DNA of 62,922 nt, filler included, from Choristocarpus tenellus KU-1152 (taxonomy: Eukaryota; Protista; Phaeophyceae), in the NCBI GenBank assembly GCA_964200185.2. It is 11 parts of 11 records of this genome, joined end to end, with 100 filler letters (N's around TTAATTAATTAA, not from the genome) between each part and the next. Parts side by side here need not be neighbours in the genome. Positions count along the whole stretch, not along the records: positions 24,371 to 28,057 come from CAXNAD020018522.1; positions 28,158 to 30,851 come from CAXNAD020025587.1; positions 30,952 to 35,233 come from CAXNAD020015309.1; positions 35,334 to 41,844 come from CAXNAD020007976.1; 7 more parts are not named here. One strand, given 5' to 3'. How positions within the stretch are numbered: the stretch's first letter is position 1; each line of letters begins with the position of its first letter. The notes beneath the pieces were generated by a model. The model did no database searches. It was not told the DNA's origin and was given only the letters and a program-made list of their open reading frames with translations. Below are positions 27,301-37,993 of the stretch, in pieces. Position numbers and translations under genes: made by a program.

Positions 27301-27998
27301 TTATCCCAGTCAGGAAAGACTAGGATTGGTGGAGAGACCAGACGCACCTTAAGTTCTTCAAAGGCTTTCTACCCCTCCGTTCCCCAAGGGTTACTCTTCT
27401 TCCTGTCTCTTTTGGAAGCATACCCTTTATTCCGGAGGATGTTAGTCAGAGGTGCAGCTACTTGGCCATAGTTCGGTACAAACTGTCGCATGTATCCTGT
27501 CATGCCTAGGAAACTTCTTAACTGCCCAACTGTAGATGGAGGATCAAGTTTTGCTACCGCTATCATTTTTGATGGATCAGGACTCAAGTCATCTCTGCCT
27601 ACCTTCATTCCTACAAATTCTTGTGAGGGCATGCACCACGAGGATTTGGGAAAGCTCACAGACAGGTCATATTGCTTGAGTCTGGTAAGAAGGAGGTGAA
27701 GTTTGGTCATGTGTTCATCAAGTGATGAGCTATAGTAAAAAAGATCGTCAAGCCAGTTTTCCACACCGTTTCCCTTGAGATCTCCTAATAATGCCTCTCT
27801 CATGTAACTAGAGAGTACTGCAGGTAAGATGTTCAACCCAAAGCCACACCTGTTATATTCCCAAAGTTGTCCATGAGCGTCACGAAAGGCTGTCTTATGT
27901 TTGTCTACCTCTGCGATTTCTAGTTGAAAGAATCCCGATGCTAGATCTATGGCAGTGAAATAGCTAGAACCCTTAAGCTCCTCAAAGATGCTGGTGAT
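24371..27998 (-). mobile_element. Decayed Ty3/Gypsy LTR retrotransposon pol (RT-RNase H-integrase-chromo-like tail), truncated at both contig ends
   Basis: RT IDLASGFFQ...TAF...GFGL...WLDD; RNase H TDAS...IAYASH...ERECMA...TDCSAL; integrase H2C2-like region, MDL...HSDAGGEF...VEK; C-terminal WEYRGKYQNGELSD*ITE chromo-like segment. RT-RH-INT order is Gypsy. Stops and frameshifts present. Confidence 0.93.
25798..26056. mobile_element. MITE family A (259 bp) inserted into Gypsy pol
   Basis: TIRs gagtgaaagtatcttagagg.../...cctctaagatcctttgactc; flanks TGCT/TGCA. Removing the element plus 4 bp restores the pol frame (FWYTPGEYA|PRLAFPRS). Confidence 0.92.
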
Positions 27999-28057
27999 GG
28001 CTCAAATTATCTGGGAGAGGTTGGCGGCTGTCCATTTGGGGTCAATTTTTTCATGTC
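27999..28057. mobile_element. MITE family B end inserted in Gypsy RT (truncated). Other partial copies at ~5165-5199, ~9429-9725, 35334-35376, ~41450-41844, ~55518-55611
   Basis: Shared ggctcaaa(g/t)tatctggg, gtccatttggg, aaaatcg(c/t)g and cccagatactttgagcc motifs. Confidence 0.82.
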
Positions 28058-28632
28058 NNNNNNNNNNNNNNNNNNNNNNNNNNNNNNNNNNNNNNNNNNN
28101 NTTAATTAATTAANNNNNNNNNNNNNNNNNNNNNNNNNNNNNNNNNNNNNNNNNNNNCTGAACTTGACCTCCCCTCCCACCCTAAGATCCAAGTTGATCG
28201 TGAGCAAGTGACAGGGTGGGTGGGCGGGAAAGCTTGCTCGGGGGTCGTCTTGATCTAGCCCTCCTTGTCCTGCCACGTCAGCCTCAGATTTCCTCTTCGA
28301 TTCAATACTGTCCATTCCTTCTCTACTCCTGCCTCCGCCTGCCACCTATTTTCTTAACTTCTCCCTTCCCTCTCAACCACTCACTATTTAACTCTTCGTC
28401 CCCTTCTTGCTACTTTTCATTTTCTTCCCTATCCCCTCCCTTCCCCTGTGCCCCCAACCAACCAGAATTCTTCCGCCCACAAAGGTCAGACTACTTCATA
28501 AACTTTCCCTTCTTACATGACCTACATATATATATATATATACACACATGGACATGGGCATTATTGGGAAAGTACCTCTGTACCTTAATGTCTTGGGGTA
28601 AACCTCAATACCAAACAGGAAGAAAGATCTAG

Positions 28633-30745
28633 ATCTTGGCGGCAAAGGTTTGTTGTGGATGGGGATGGACACTCCACATTAGGGACCAGCGGGACTACTG
28701 AACCCCTACCATCACCCGAGAAAAATCAAGGTAAGGACGGGACAGTGCAAGTAACTGCAGTAGGTATTATTTGCTGGGTAGGTTGGGTGGATGTAGGGGA
28801 GAGTTTCCAGACAAAAAGTGAGGAGATACCAAACACCGACCTCCTCGTACACCTTTTTGTTCGAGGAATTATAATATTTGAAAACCTCTTCAATAAATAT
28901 GAACCTTTTATGTTCTTGTCACATACCCCCACTACTCTTGTCACATATCTAGTATTTCTTACCTTGTTTGGTTGTTCTTCATCCATGGCAGACTGGTGAG
29001 GAGGTTGGTTGATCATGAACTCTTTCAATCCACAACTAATCATATACTATATCATGTAATGATGTCAAATGTCATATTTGTTTCCCCGGCTATGAGTACC
29101 CATAATTTAAATATTCAAATATTTCGGACAAACTGATGGATGGAGTCAAGAGTTTGAAGTATCAACTAACAGACCAATGCGATATACTCATATAGGTCTA
29201 CAACTTCATTGATTTGAACATATTATATTCAAAGACTTGACTATGTAGACCATAGGTGACGATGGGGGGACCTGAAACCTGAAACCTCTCTTGGACACCT
29301 CTCTCCAATACAACATGTTTGAGGGGAGAACAAATACTGAAAACACAAGAGTGCATTCCGTACAGAGCTCACGAGGAGATGGTGAGGGAAATCAACTCCC
29401 AAAACGTGAAGTTTACCCACCAGTGTACAGTGGAAGTCTTGAAAAGTGCAGCACCAGCATGGCATCTTATGAACATGATACCTCAAGAAGTTGGGGTCCA
29501 ACAGGCGTCTTCGATTTGTTGATGGGAAGCGGAGTCGGAAGTCGCCTAGGAGTCCGAAGGGAGGACGTGATCGGGTGACCACAGCTTTTCCTCTCAATCA
29601 ACCCTCTTTGAATTGCAATATCAATAGTTGGAATGAAAGTTGACCTATAAGGACATTGGAGTGACTTTCACTTTGCTGGTATGGATGGTCCAGTAGTCCG
29701 AGTGAATGATGATCCTCAGTGGCTGGCTACGTGTGCAACACTCGCAGGTGTTCGAAACCGCTGACTTCCCAACAAGGGATTTCGCTAGTAGTTAACGCAC
29801 GTGGGTCCACTGATGGCTCTGTTGACAACTACTTTATCGTGGCGTCATGGGAGGATTTGCAACGATTGCCTGGACGTCCTGGCCTACAAGGAGAGGGAGG
29901 TGGGGACCAGACTCTGTCTTCGTGGCGGTGAGTGGTGTCTTCAGAATTTTGCTCTCTGCAGCTGATCCGTTCTGAGAATTAGGTACAGGTCGAGGTTAGG
30001 TGAGTGAGGTCTCCAGTAATTGCTTCCTACGCCTTGGACAGAACGTTCCCTGCTTCCGTGTACCAGGAACCTACGTTTGCTCTATGCTGACGTACACTTT
30101 GCGACTTGCAGTGACAAAGGTAGATCTCATACCCCAGCGCACGACATTTTGTGAGTAGCCTGCGTTTTTCTACGTGCTGATGAATACACATATTGAACAA
30201 ATGAAGATGATCATAACACATGATGCAAGAGGGACTTCACGTGTTCGATGTCTCAACAATGAGAGAAAAAGGGAGGAGGGAGGGAAGACCTTCTAGGAGG
30301 GATATTTGACTTAATGACGTACATGAGCAAGGTCAGGTGCAACGGATTTTCGTGTTGCTCTTTTCTGTCACACACAAGGAAATATTAAGGGACACCAACC
30401 AACAGTCTGTTCAACAAATGACTAAGCCTTGATCACGAAAATTGCAAACAGATCACGCACTAATGCCACCGGAGCCCCTATCACTGAGCTCCATGGCAAC
30501 AGTGGCAGTGGGGGTGATGATTTGGGCAATCTGATGTATGCACATGAAGGTCAGATCGCTTTTGTTCGCCCACATCTCCAATCGGCATATTCTCAAGACC
30601 AGCAGGAGAAGGGAGCAGGGAGGGAGGGGGGAAACGGGGTAGGAGGAGGAGTGGCAGGAACCGGAGGGGTCTTGGTGGGAGAACCTGTTCTCTCCATGAG
30701 GGTGCACATTGGAAATATCACGGGATTAAGGGTTAACCAGTTTGG
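28633..30745 (+). CDS. Partial multi-exon gene, unknown product (exons 28633-28730, 29720-29927, 30452-30745)
   Basis: Phases are compatible (1, then 2) with strong donors gtaagg/gtgagt: ...SPEKNQV|AGYVCNTRRC...NYFIVASWEDL...|...LMYAHEGQIAFVRPH...LSMRVHIGNITGLRVNQFG. The acceptor at 29720 is weak. No family recognised. Confidence 0.5.
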
Positions 30746-30959
30746 GTGAGTTGAATCGTGCAATCAAAATGTGAGTATTTTTTTTTGCGCCTAAAGGACT
30801 CTGTTGTTGACCCCTCCCCCTGCCAGGTAGATTGTGGAGGGTTGGAAACAGNNNNNNNNNNNNNNNNNNNNNNNNNNNNNNNNNNNNNNNNNNNNTTAAT
30901 TAATTAANNNNNNNNNNNNNNNNNNNNNNNNNNNNNNNNNNNNNNNNNNNNTACTTTGA

Positions 30960-31660
30960 GCCGGTACATGTGCTATCTATTCCTGCAACAAGCGATGGGT
31001 ACATGGCTGACGTTGATATGGGAAAGAAAATAAAAACTTGGAGTTTTGTGCGAGCTTACCCATTGACAGACTTATTCAAAATAGAGGGCGATGATTGCAA
31101 GTTTGCACGGACGGTGTGTGGTCGATTGAGAAGTGCGATATGCGATTAGCATGTCACGCGTGGTGTCGACTAGAAGGATAGGCACGGATGTGACACAAAA
31201 TGGGTCAACGATATCTATTGCGTGTTTAGTGTATGGGTTGGCAAGGGGCGGGATGAGTCTGTCGCCAGTGGCAAATTGAGGCCGATTATTGTGGGTGGGG
31301 GGACCGTGCATATCGTATATGTGCTACCTGTTCCCATAACAATTGTTTGGTATGCGACAGATATTAATGTGGGAGAAGAAAATGATAACTTAGAGGTTTG
31401 GGTTAGATTTTCGGTTAGCAGGCTTATGCAAAATAGAGGGCGATGGTTGCAAGTGTGCACAGACGGTTTGCGGTCGATGGAAAAGTGGTGTCGACGTGAA
31501 GGGAAGGTACGGATGTGGCAATATTTGCAACGATTTCTATGGTGTGATTAGTGCATTGGTGGACGAGGTGCGTACGGGTTAGGGTTGTCACCAGTGGCAA
31601 ACAGAGGTCGATTATTGTGAGTGGGGGGGGCATGCATGTAGTATATATGCTAGGTAGTTT
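30960..31660. repeat. Diverged tandem duplication, unit ~350 bp, ~2 copies
   Basis: caaaatagagggcgatg.ttgcaagt at ~31077 and ~31429; ccagtggcaaa...cgattattgtg.gtggggg at ~31266 and ~31591. Confidence 0.8.
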
Positions 31661-34369
31661 GCCGTAAGGCAGAGTGTTTGCTTTGATCTATTTTTTTGGA
31701 AAACGTTCGACAAATGTTTGGTGGGTGTCACCCCCGAAAATATTGGCTTATGTATGTACTACAATTGACGTGTTCTGTCGTACGGTAAACTATTGTGTAG
31801 GATGGGTTTTTGGTGGAAGGGATACCGAACGTTTCATGTGGGGTAGGTCTATACATTTCCCCAGATGCACATACCATTGTTTGTGCCTCCTTCTCTACAG
31901 GGGATATGAGATTGCGCTTGAGTTTTTGGAAAGTCGAGGACAATGGATTGGAGGAGTGTGCCTTCAAATAAGTCGTTATGTGGACCGCCGCAACTTTTGC
32001 CATGCTTTGTCGTACGGTAAACTATGGCAAAAATTACACGAGGCGAGTGGATGAAAGAAGAGCGAAATATTTGTTGGCATAGTTTCGGGATTTGAAGGGT
32101 CAGGGATGGTGTTGGGGTTGAGGCACAGGGTTAGGATTGGGACAGGTGAAAGGGTTGGGATTGGAAACAGAAACAGAAACAGAAAGGAACATCGTTTATT
32201 TCCGATACATATCGGATTCGATGTATCGAGGGACACGATCTTCGTCGTTAGGTTTCGTCCTGTTCTTGAGGAGAGGACGTGTGCGTCACGAGTTCTGAGC
32301 CACGGTGTAAGTGGCGAACACCACGTGTCTCTGATTTCGATGCAAATGTGCGATTTCGGAAGGATATGGTGGTGATCATATGCTTCTCTATATCTAGTCT
32401 TCAAGTGCTAATCCCTCGTTCCGGTAATTACAGAACACATAGGCTACATTGGAGTATACGTCACTTGAGTTGCATCACATATTGGTTCAATTTTGTTCTG
32501 TTGTTGTTCTGTTGTTCTGTGGTTCGTTTTTCTTTCCCTCTTTCTTCTTATCGGCAGAAGATGATAGTTGTACTTTGATGGATTATTATTTCTTTCGTGG
32601 CTGCCATTGATACCTCAAATTGCACCAAACTCACTCTACAAACTGTCTACCAAACACACACATGAATGTAATATAATCAGAGTTAAAACCATCCGCGAAA
32701 ACCCTTGTGTCAGCCAAGTTAACAAGCCTCTCCACAGAGCATGGGCTACTTTCGTTGAGTATCTCATGAAAGAACACTGAATTCACATCACATCATTCTG
32801 GATTTGAGCAACCAAGAATACTGAATTCACATCGCATCATTCTTGACTGAGAGATCAATGACTTCAGTTACAACAGAATAAATACAGCAGTGCTTTGCAG
32901 CACAATCACACCTACCCATAACATAGACTACGCATATCGCTCATCGGTGCTTTACAACACCATGATTCCTCATCGCTCGTAGTCTACGCATTTTGCTTAC
33001 ATTCGATTCAGGTTTCAACACAAACGTGGTTTGGTGAAAGTTTTTTTGTTATGCACTGTAATATAATGATTCAAATTGTATTAGAATATATGAAATAAAG
33101 ATGCAAATTTGACGTTTTGACCTGTCGCACTAATGAAGAAATAGAGGATGGAGAGTTGTATATATATATACAACTGTAACAATCGAACTAGCCTGTTTAG
33201 AACACCAGTATATACATTATCTTCTAAAGGTCCAACATTCAGTAAGGTTTGTTCTTTTATTGATTCTTGTGAAATTGATATACAACCAAAAAAAAAGGTT
33301 GAAAAGACCATACTTTCTTGGTCAAGGGAGACTAGGTGCGAATCCCTTCTACGAGGATCGAGGTCGTCTGTCACTATCCCTGTGCGCTGTACGTAACGCT
33401 AAACGCCGGTCGTGTCGGAAGGGAAAAAAACGACAGGACTTATTATTCGTGCAAGGTGATCAGGTGCGTAAGACTCGAGGATGGTGTGACCCGACTGTGA
33501 CATGCCATCCTCTCTGGACATGACTCGATGCGCAAAACAAATTCTCTCTCTCCTTCCGTTGGTTTCCCGCGTCCCATCTGCAACGTGCCCACCCGATGCA
33601 GACATCACGTGATCAAAGAGAGGCTTAGTCCAACCACCGAACGCCACCATGCCTCCAAAGGGAACCGGAAGGTGAGTCCCCCTACCAGAAACGTGCACCC
33701 TTTGTGCAGCCCATTCGGGAGCGTTTCTGAATGACCAATATCGCAAAACATCATTATGATTTAGCGCCTTTGACGGATGTTGCGACTTTCGCCTTTTCAC
33801 AAAGCATGTATTAGCATGTGGGTGACATCATCGCGTACCCCAGGGGTTGTATGACCCCGTAGTCACGGTCCCTAACCCAACCATTGTCGCATGGCGTGCC
33901 GTACCCAACACGCCCATCAGGGATCGAGCCTTCCTCGACAACCGGCCGTTCACGATGTGTAACGTATCCCACCAATTTCTATGTACGCGTTCCTCTCGAA
34001 AAAGAGTTCCAACATCTCTTGTACTTGGCTTTGGTGAAAGCACGAACATGCCCCTCGCATTAGGAATTATCTCGTTATTGCTTTCTTAATGTATTGCCCA
34101 AATTCTGGTTAGGCGTAGACGGCATTGCTGTCCACCACGCTACATCGATTCACATGAGATCGCCCGTAAAATAGACACGACATAGACACACTCCTAATTA
34201 CATTCCCTCCCGCACAATACTGTGCAAAGTGGTAGCGATTGGTAAAACCTCGCGATATGTAGCATGTGCGGTGTTGAAGAGTTTCTGACGTATCCACCCC
34301 TCATTGCGCTTTTCTCGGTCGTGAACACAACCACACGTCTCTACACATGTTTATGTGTTCATTTGCATT

Positions 34370-34800
34370 TGGATCTTGTATGAAACAGCTGTCAATAGTG
34401 GTGTCACGAACGTTTTCAAATTCGATGCCCTGTATTTATTACAATTGGAACCGTGTACACACCAGCTGTCAGTTGTGCTATCACCAACATTTTCAAATTC
34501 GATACCCTGTTTTTGTCACCATTAGAACCGTGTACACACCAGCTGTCAATAGTGGTGTCACCAACGTTTTCAAATTCGATGCCCTGCATTTATTACCATT
34601 AGAACCGTGTACAAACCAGCTGTCAGTAGTGGTATCACCAACATTTTCAAACTCGATAACCTATTTTTGTCACCATTAGAACCGTGTACACACCAGCTGT
34701 CAATAGTGGTATCACCAACATTTTCAAACTCGATGCCCTTTGTTTATTACCATTACAACCGTGTACACACCAGCTGTCAGTAGTGGTATCACCAATATCA
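34370..34800. repeat. Minisatellite, 77-bp unit, ~5.5 copies, alternating A/B variants
   Basis: agctgtca recurs at 34387, 34464, 34541, 34618, 34695, 34772. Confidence 0.93.
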
Positions 34801-34991
34801 CTACTCCGGCATCTATAATTTGTTTGATCGAAACCATTCATAAACCGTCTTCTGCCACCAGCTGTGCCAGCATTGCAGACCCCGACCGCATTTGACATTG
34901 GACCTAACCCAACACCGACCGGGCGTCAAAATACCGTATGCATCCGTGGCGATATCTAAGCAGCATGTAATCTCTTTACTCCCATGTCAGA

Positions 34992-35233
34992 GAGTGAACG
35001 TATCTTAGAGGGTACGAGTTTAGCCCTGTTTGTCCATTTGGGGCTTGGCTCCCCATGTTCTTATTATAACATTTTCCTACTCCAAAGAGTTTCGGAGTAG
35101 ATATAGTGTATACTTTATGAAAGGTTGTGTCCAGAGTGAAAGTATGTTAGCGGGTACGATTTTTGCCCTCTTTGTCCATTTGAGGCTTGGCTTCTAACGG
35201 GTTTTTAATGGCATTTTATCTACTCCAAAATGT
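34992..35233. mobile_element. MITE family A, two left ends (34992 and 35134), nested or tandem, truncated by contig end
   Basis: gagtgaa(c/a)gtat.ttag.gggtacga...gtccatttg.ggcttggct occurs twice. Confidence 0.85.
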
Positions 35234-37889
35234 NNNNNNNNNNNNNNNNNNNNNNNNNNNNNNNNNNNNNNNNNNNNTTAATTAATTAANNNNNNNNNNN
35301 NNNNNNNNNNNNNNNNNNNNNNNNNNNNNNNNNGTGTAGAATCCCCCCCCCCCCTCATCTCCAGATACTTTGAGCCACTGCTGACGTCAAGTTGTTGACA
35401 AAATGCCAAGACTTCGAATTTACTTTGTTGCATTTGCAATGGTACGAAGAAGAAAAGTACTACCACATAGATCAAGTAAGACAACAGGTAAAATAACAAT
35501 ACTTGAAATTATACATACTCAATAGTAACATCTTTTGAAGTTATCAATATGCAAGGATACAGGGGACATCATGACAGGCGAGTGGGTCCACATATTATTT
35601 GTGTTCTTGAGATACAAAGTAGGCCTGACCAGCTAGAAGAGCATTGCTATTTAGATTAGGTTTGTATGGCAGCAGGTACTCCACCATGCATGGCCATCTA
35701 CTACACAGATTGGGGGATTAATTCCTAAACATAGTGATACACTACCTCATTCACTTTTCAATATTTTATACAAATGAATAATAACGATAAGTTTTTTACA
35801 CTGCTTCTGTGCACTAACACAACAATGATGATAAAACGTTTGGACAATTGATACATGATACACAATAAAACCATTTGACACACTATTATAGTGCTGTGAG
35901 GACCCCGCTATACCACCGGTGTATACCAGTCTGGAGGAGAGACGAAAACAGGATGAGGTAAGGGTGGGTCACAGGAGGGCTCTGGCGAGCCAATCCTCAT
36001 CTCATTTCGATTCAGGTCCAGACACATCAATATGCTTGCTGATGAGACCTGCACAGAGATACAAGATTCCTGTTGTGGATGGGGGGGACACCATGAAGAA
36101 GAGGAGATTGTTAAAGGATAGTGATACTGCTTGCAGTGGTAGACAGGGACATCATGGACAGCCCAATCTCCCACCAATAAATTATGCCCGATGAAGAACA
36201 AGAGGGGGGGGCAGTGCCAGGGAGAACTACTGCAAGGGTGCACAAATTGCATTTATTTTTCAGCATCCTTCAAATGCACAACTATAGAAAAATTGTGTAC
36301 TTTGACTCAGTGATAGTATATATATAGTAACAGAGAAATTTGGACTTGAAATATTTATTACCTGGTCAGTTACTGGTACCACACCTAGTGCAAGATATAC
36401 ACAACAAGTATTGTGAATGAGTGGGAGCTAACGATTGATGATTCAAGCATACTTCATTCCTACTCTATGCTAGTCCTGTGTGAATCAAAGCTGGGCCAAA
36501 TTCATCTTGTCCTGTTTTGGCTCCATGATGCAAATCACGCATACCTAACATGTGGAAGAAGAGATAGCTTCTACTGAGTATAGTGGTGTTGCATATCTTC
36601 TTTGTAAACAAGCCACTGCTACTACATGCTCTGACAGGCTTGCTTGTCATCCATCTTTGTTTTTTTCCAGAAGACAGTTGAAGTATTTGAAATATGTACA
36701 GGCCAGTCTCAACAGCAGTATGCAGCCATATACAACACCAAAACATAAAGCCTCTCTATCTATAACAATCCTCCTTGAAGACGTAAGCTATCCTCTACAC
36801 AAGTCAACCTGGCTCTACTTACCACCTCACCTCACATAATGTTTTGTTGTGGTGTGAGGAGTTTATCCGAGAAAATAGGTCAGACTCTGAGGAATAGGCT
36901 TGCTGGTACCATACAAACCTAAAAACCATGCCTATTTCCTGCTACAGTTTGACTCCCCTCTATAAATATCACAAACCACTATGATCAAGGTATCAAACTC
37001 TCATTCCACATTTACCCATATTAAACCCCCCTGATACACAAAAACCTCAACCTAATTGAAGAATACCTTCCCAGCGTTGGTCTTCAAAAGCCATGTATAA
37101 CATCAATATCACACAAGACCTCCAAGATGGCGGGTGCTATACCAAATGAAAGAGCGCCTGAACACCACAACAAGCAACAATCGCAGTTACAGTAAGAACC
37201 ATGTGTCGCCCCCTCGCTTTCCTCTACCAAAAAATGCACTTTGAGCACTATCATGTGGGATAAGAAGACCTTTACTTGTCCTGGTGTGTGCACATGAGCA
37301 CTCCTCCACCACATCTTACATGCTCACCACAACACTGCAGAAAAAATAAACAAATAACAACTCTGCAGCACAATCACTCAGCAGACTTGAATTCTACCCT
37401 TGAGAACTGCCACGTGCCTGCAAACACCGTGGAGACAACATTGCCCCAGGGTGCCTGCAATGCCTCTTGCTCTGACAATACAGGATAGAGGGAACAAGGT
37501 TCTAGTACCAGCGACAGCCATCACAACAGTGCCAATAAGATTCAAGGGAGGGCTCGCCTCGTGAGACTATTCCTCTTCCTAATTGATCCTTTCCCCTCCC
37601 CCCCTGCCCCCCCCCTGCTCCACCTCCCTAGACCCATCCACGGAAGGCCCACACTACACCAGCACCAGAATTCAATGAGAGCTATAAAGAGAGTCTTGGT
37701 TATTGATGCCCAACGGCTAAGCCCCTGCCCCCAACACACCTACTAGTGTGCCAAAAATATGTGCTAATGCAGACACCGCTACACCGAAACCCAAAACATC
37801 TGCGTGCGGGACGAACATAGGGGCCAAGCAAGCCCTTCATCGCACTCCCAAAGGGGAGCAGAACAATCAACACCACAGTCATTACAACA

Positions 37890-37951
37890 CGCACATTGGT
37901 ACCAAACAACACATTGGTACCAAACAACACATTGGTACCAAACAACACATT
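37890..37951. repeat. 18-bp tandem repeat (cacattggtaccaaacaa) x3
   Basis: Direct reading; lies just downstream of the predicted patatin gene stop. Confidence 0.9.
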
Positions 37952-37993
37952 GCCCCTATACACCGGAAAGATTGAAGAACTGGGGCACGCACG

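Noticed and set aside
29256-29578. Additional exon of the unknown gene at 28633-30745
   Set aside because: Candidate acceptors run into stops near a 7-bp duplication (cctgaaa x2); could not place it in frame.
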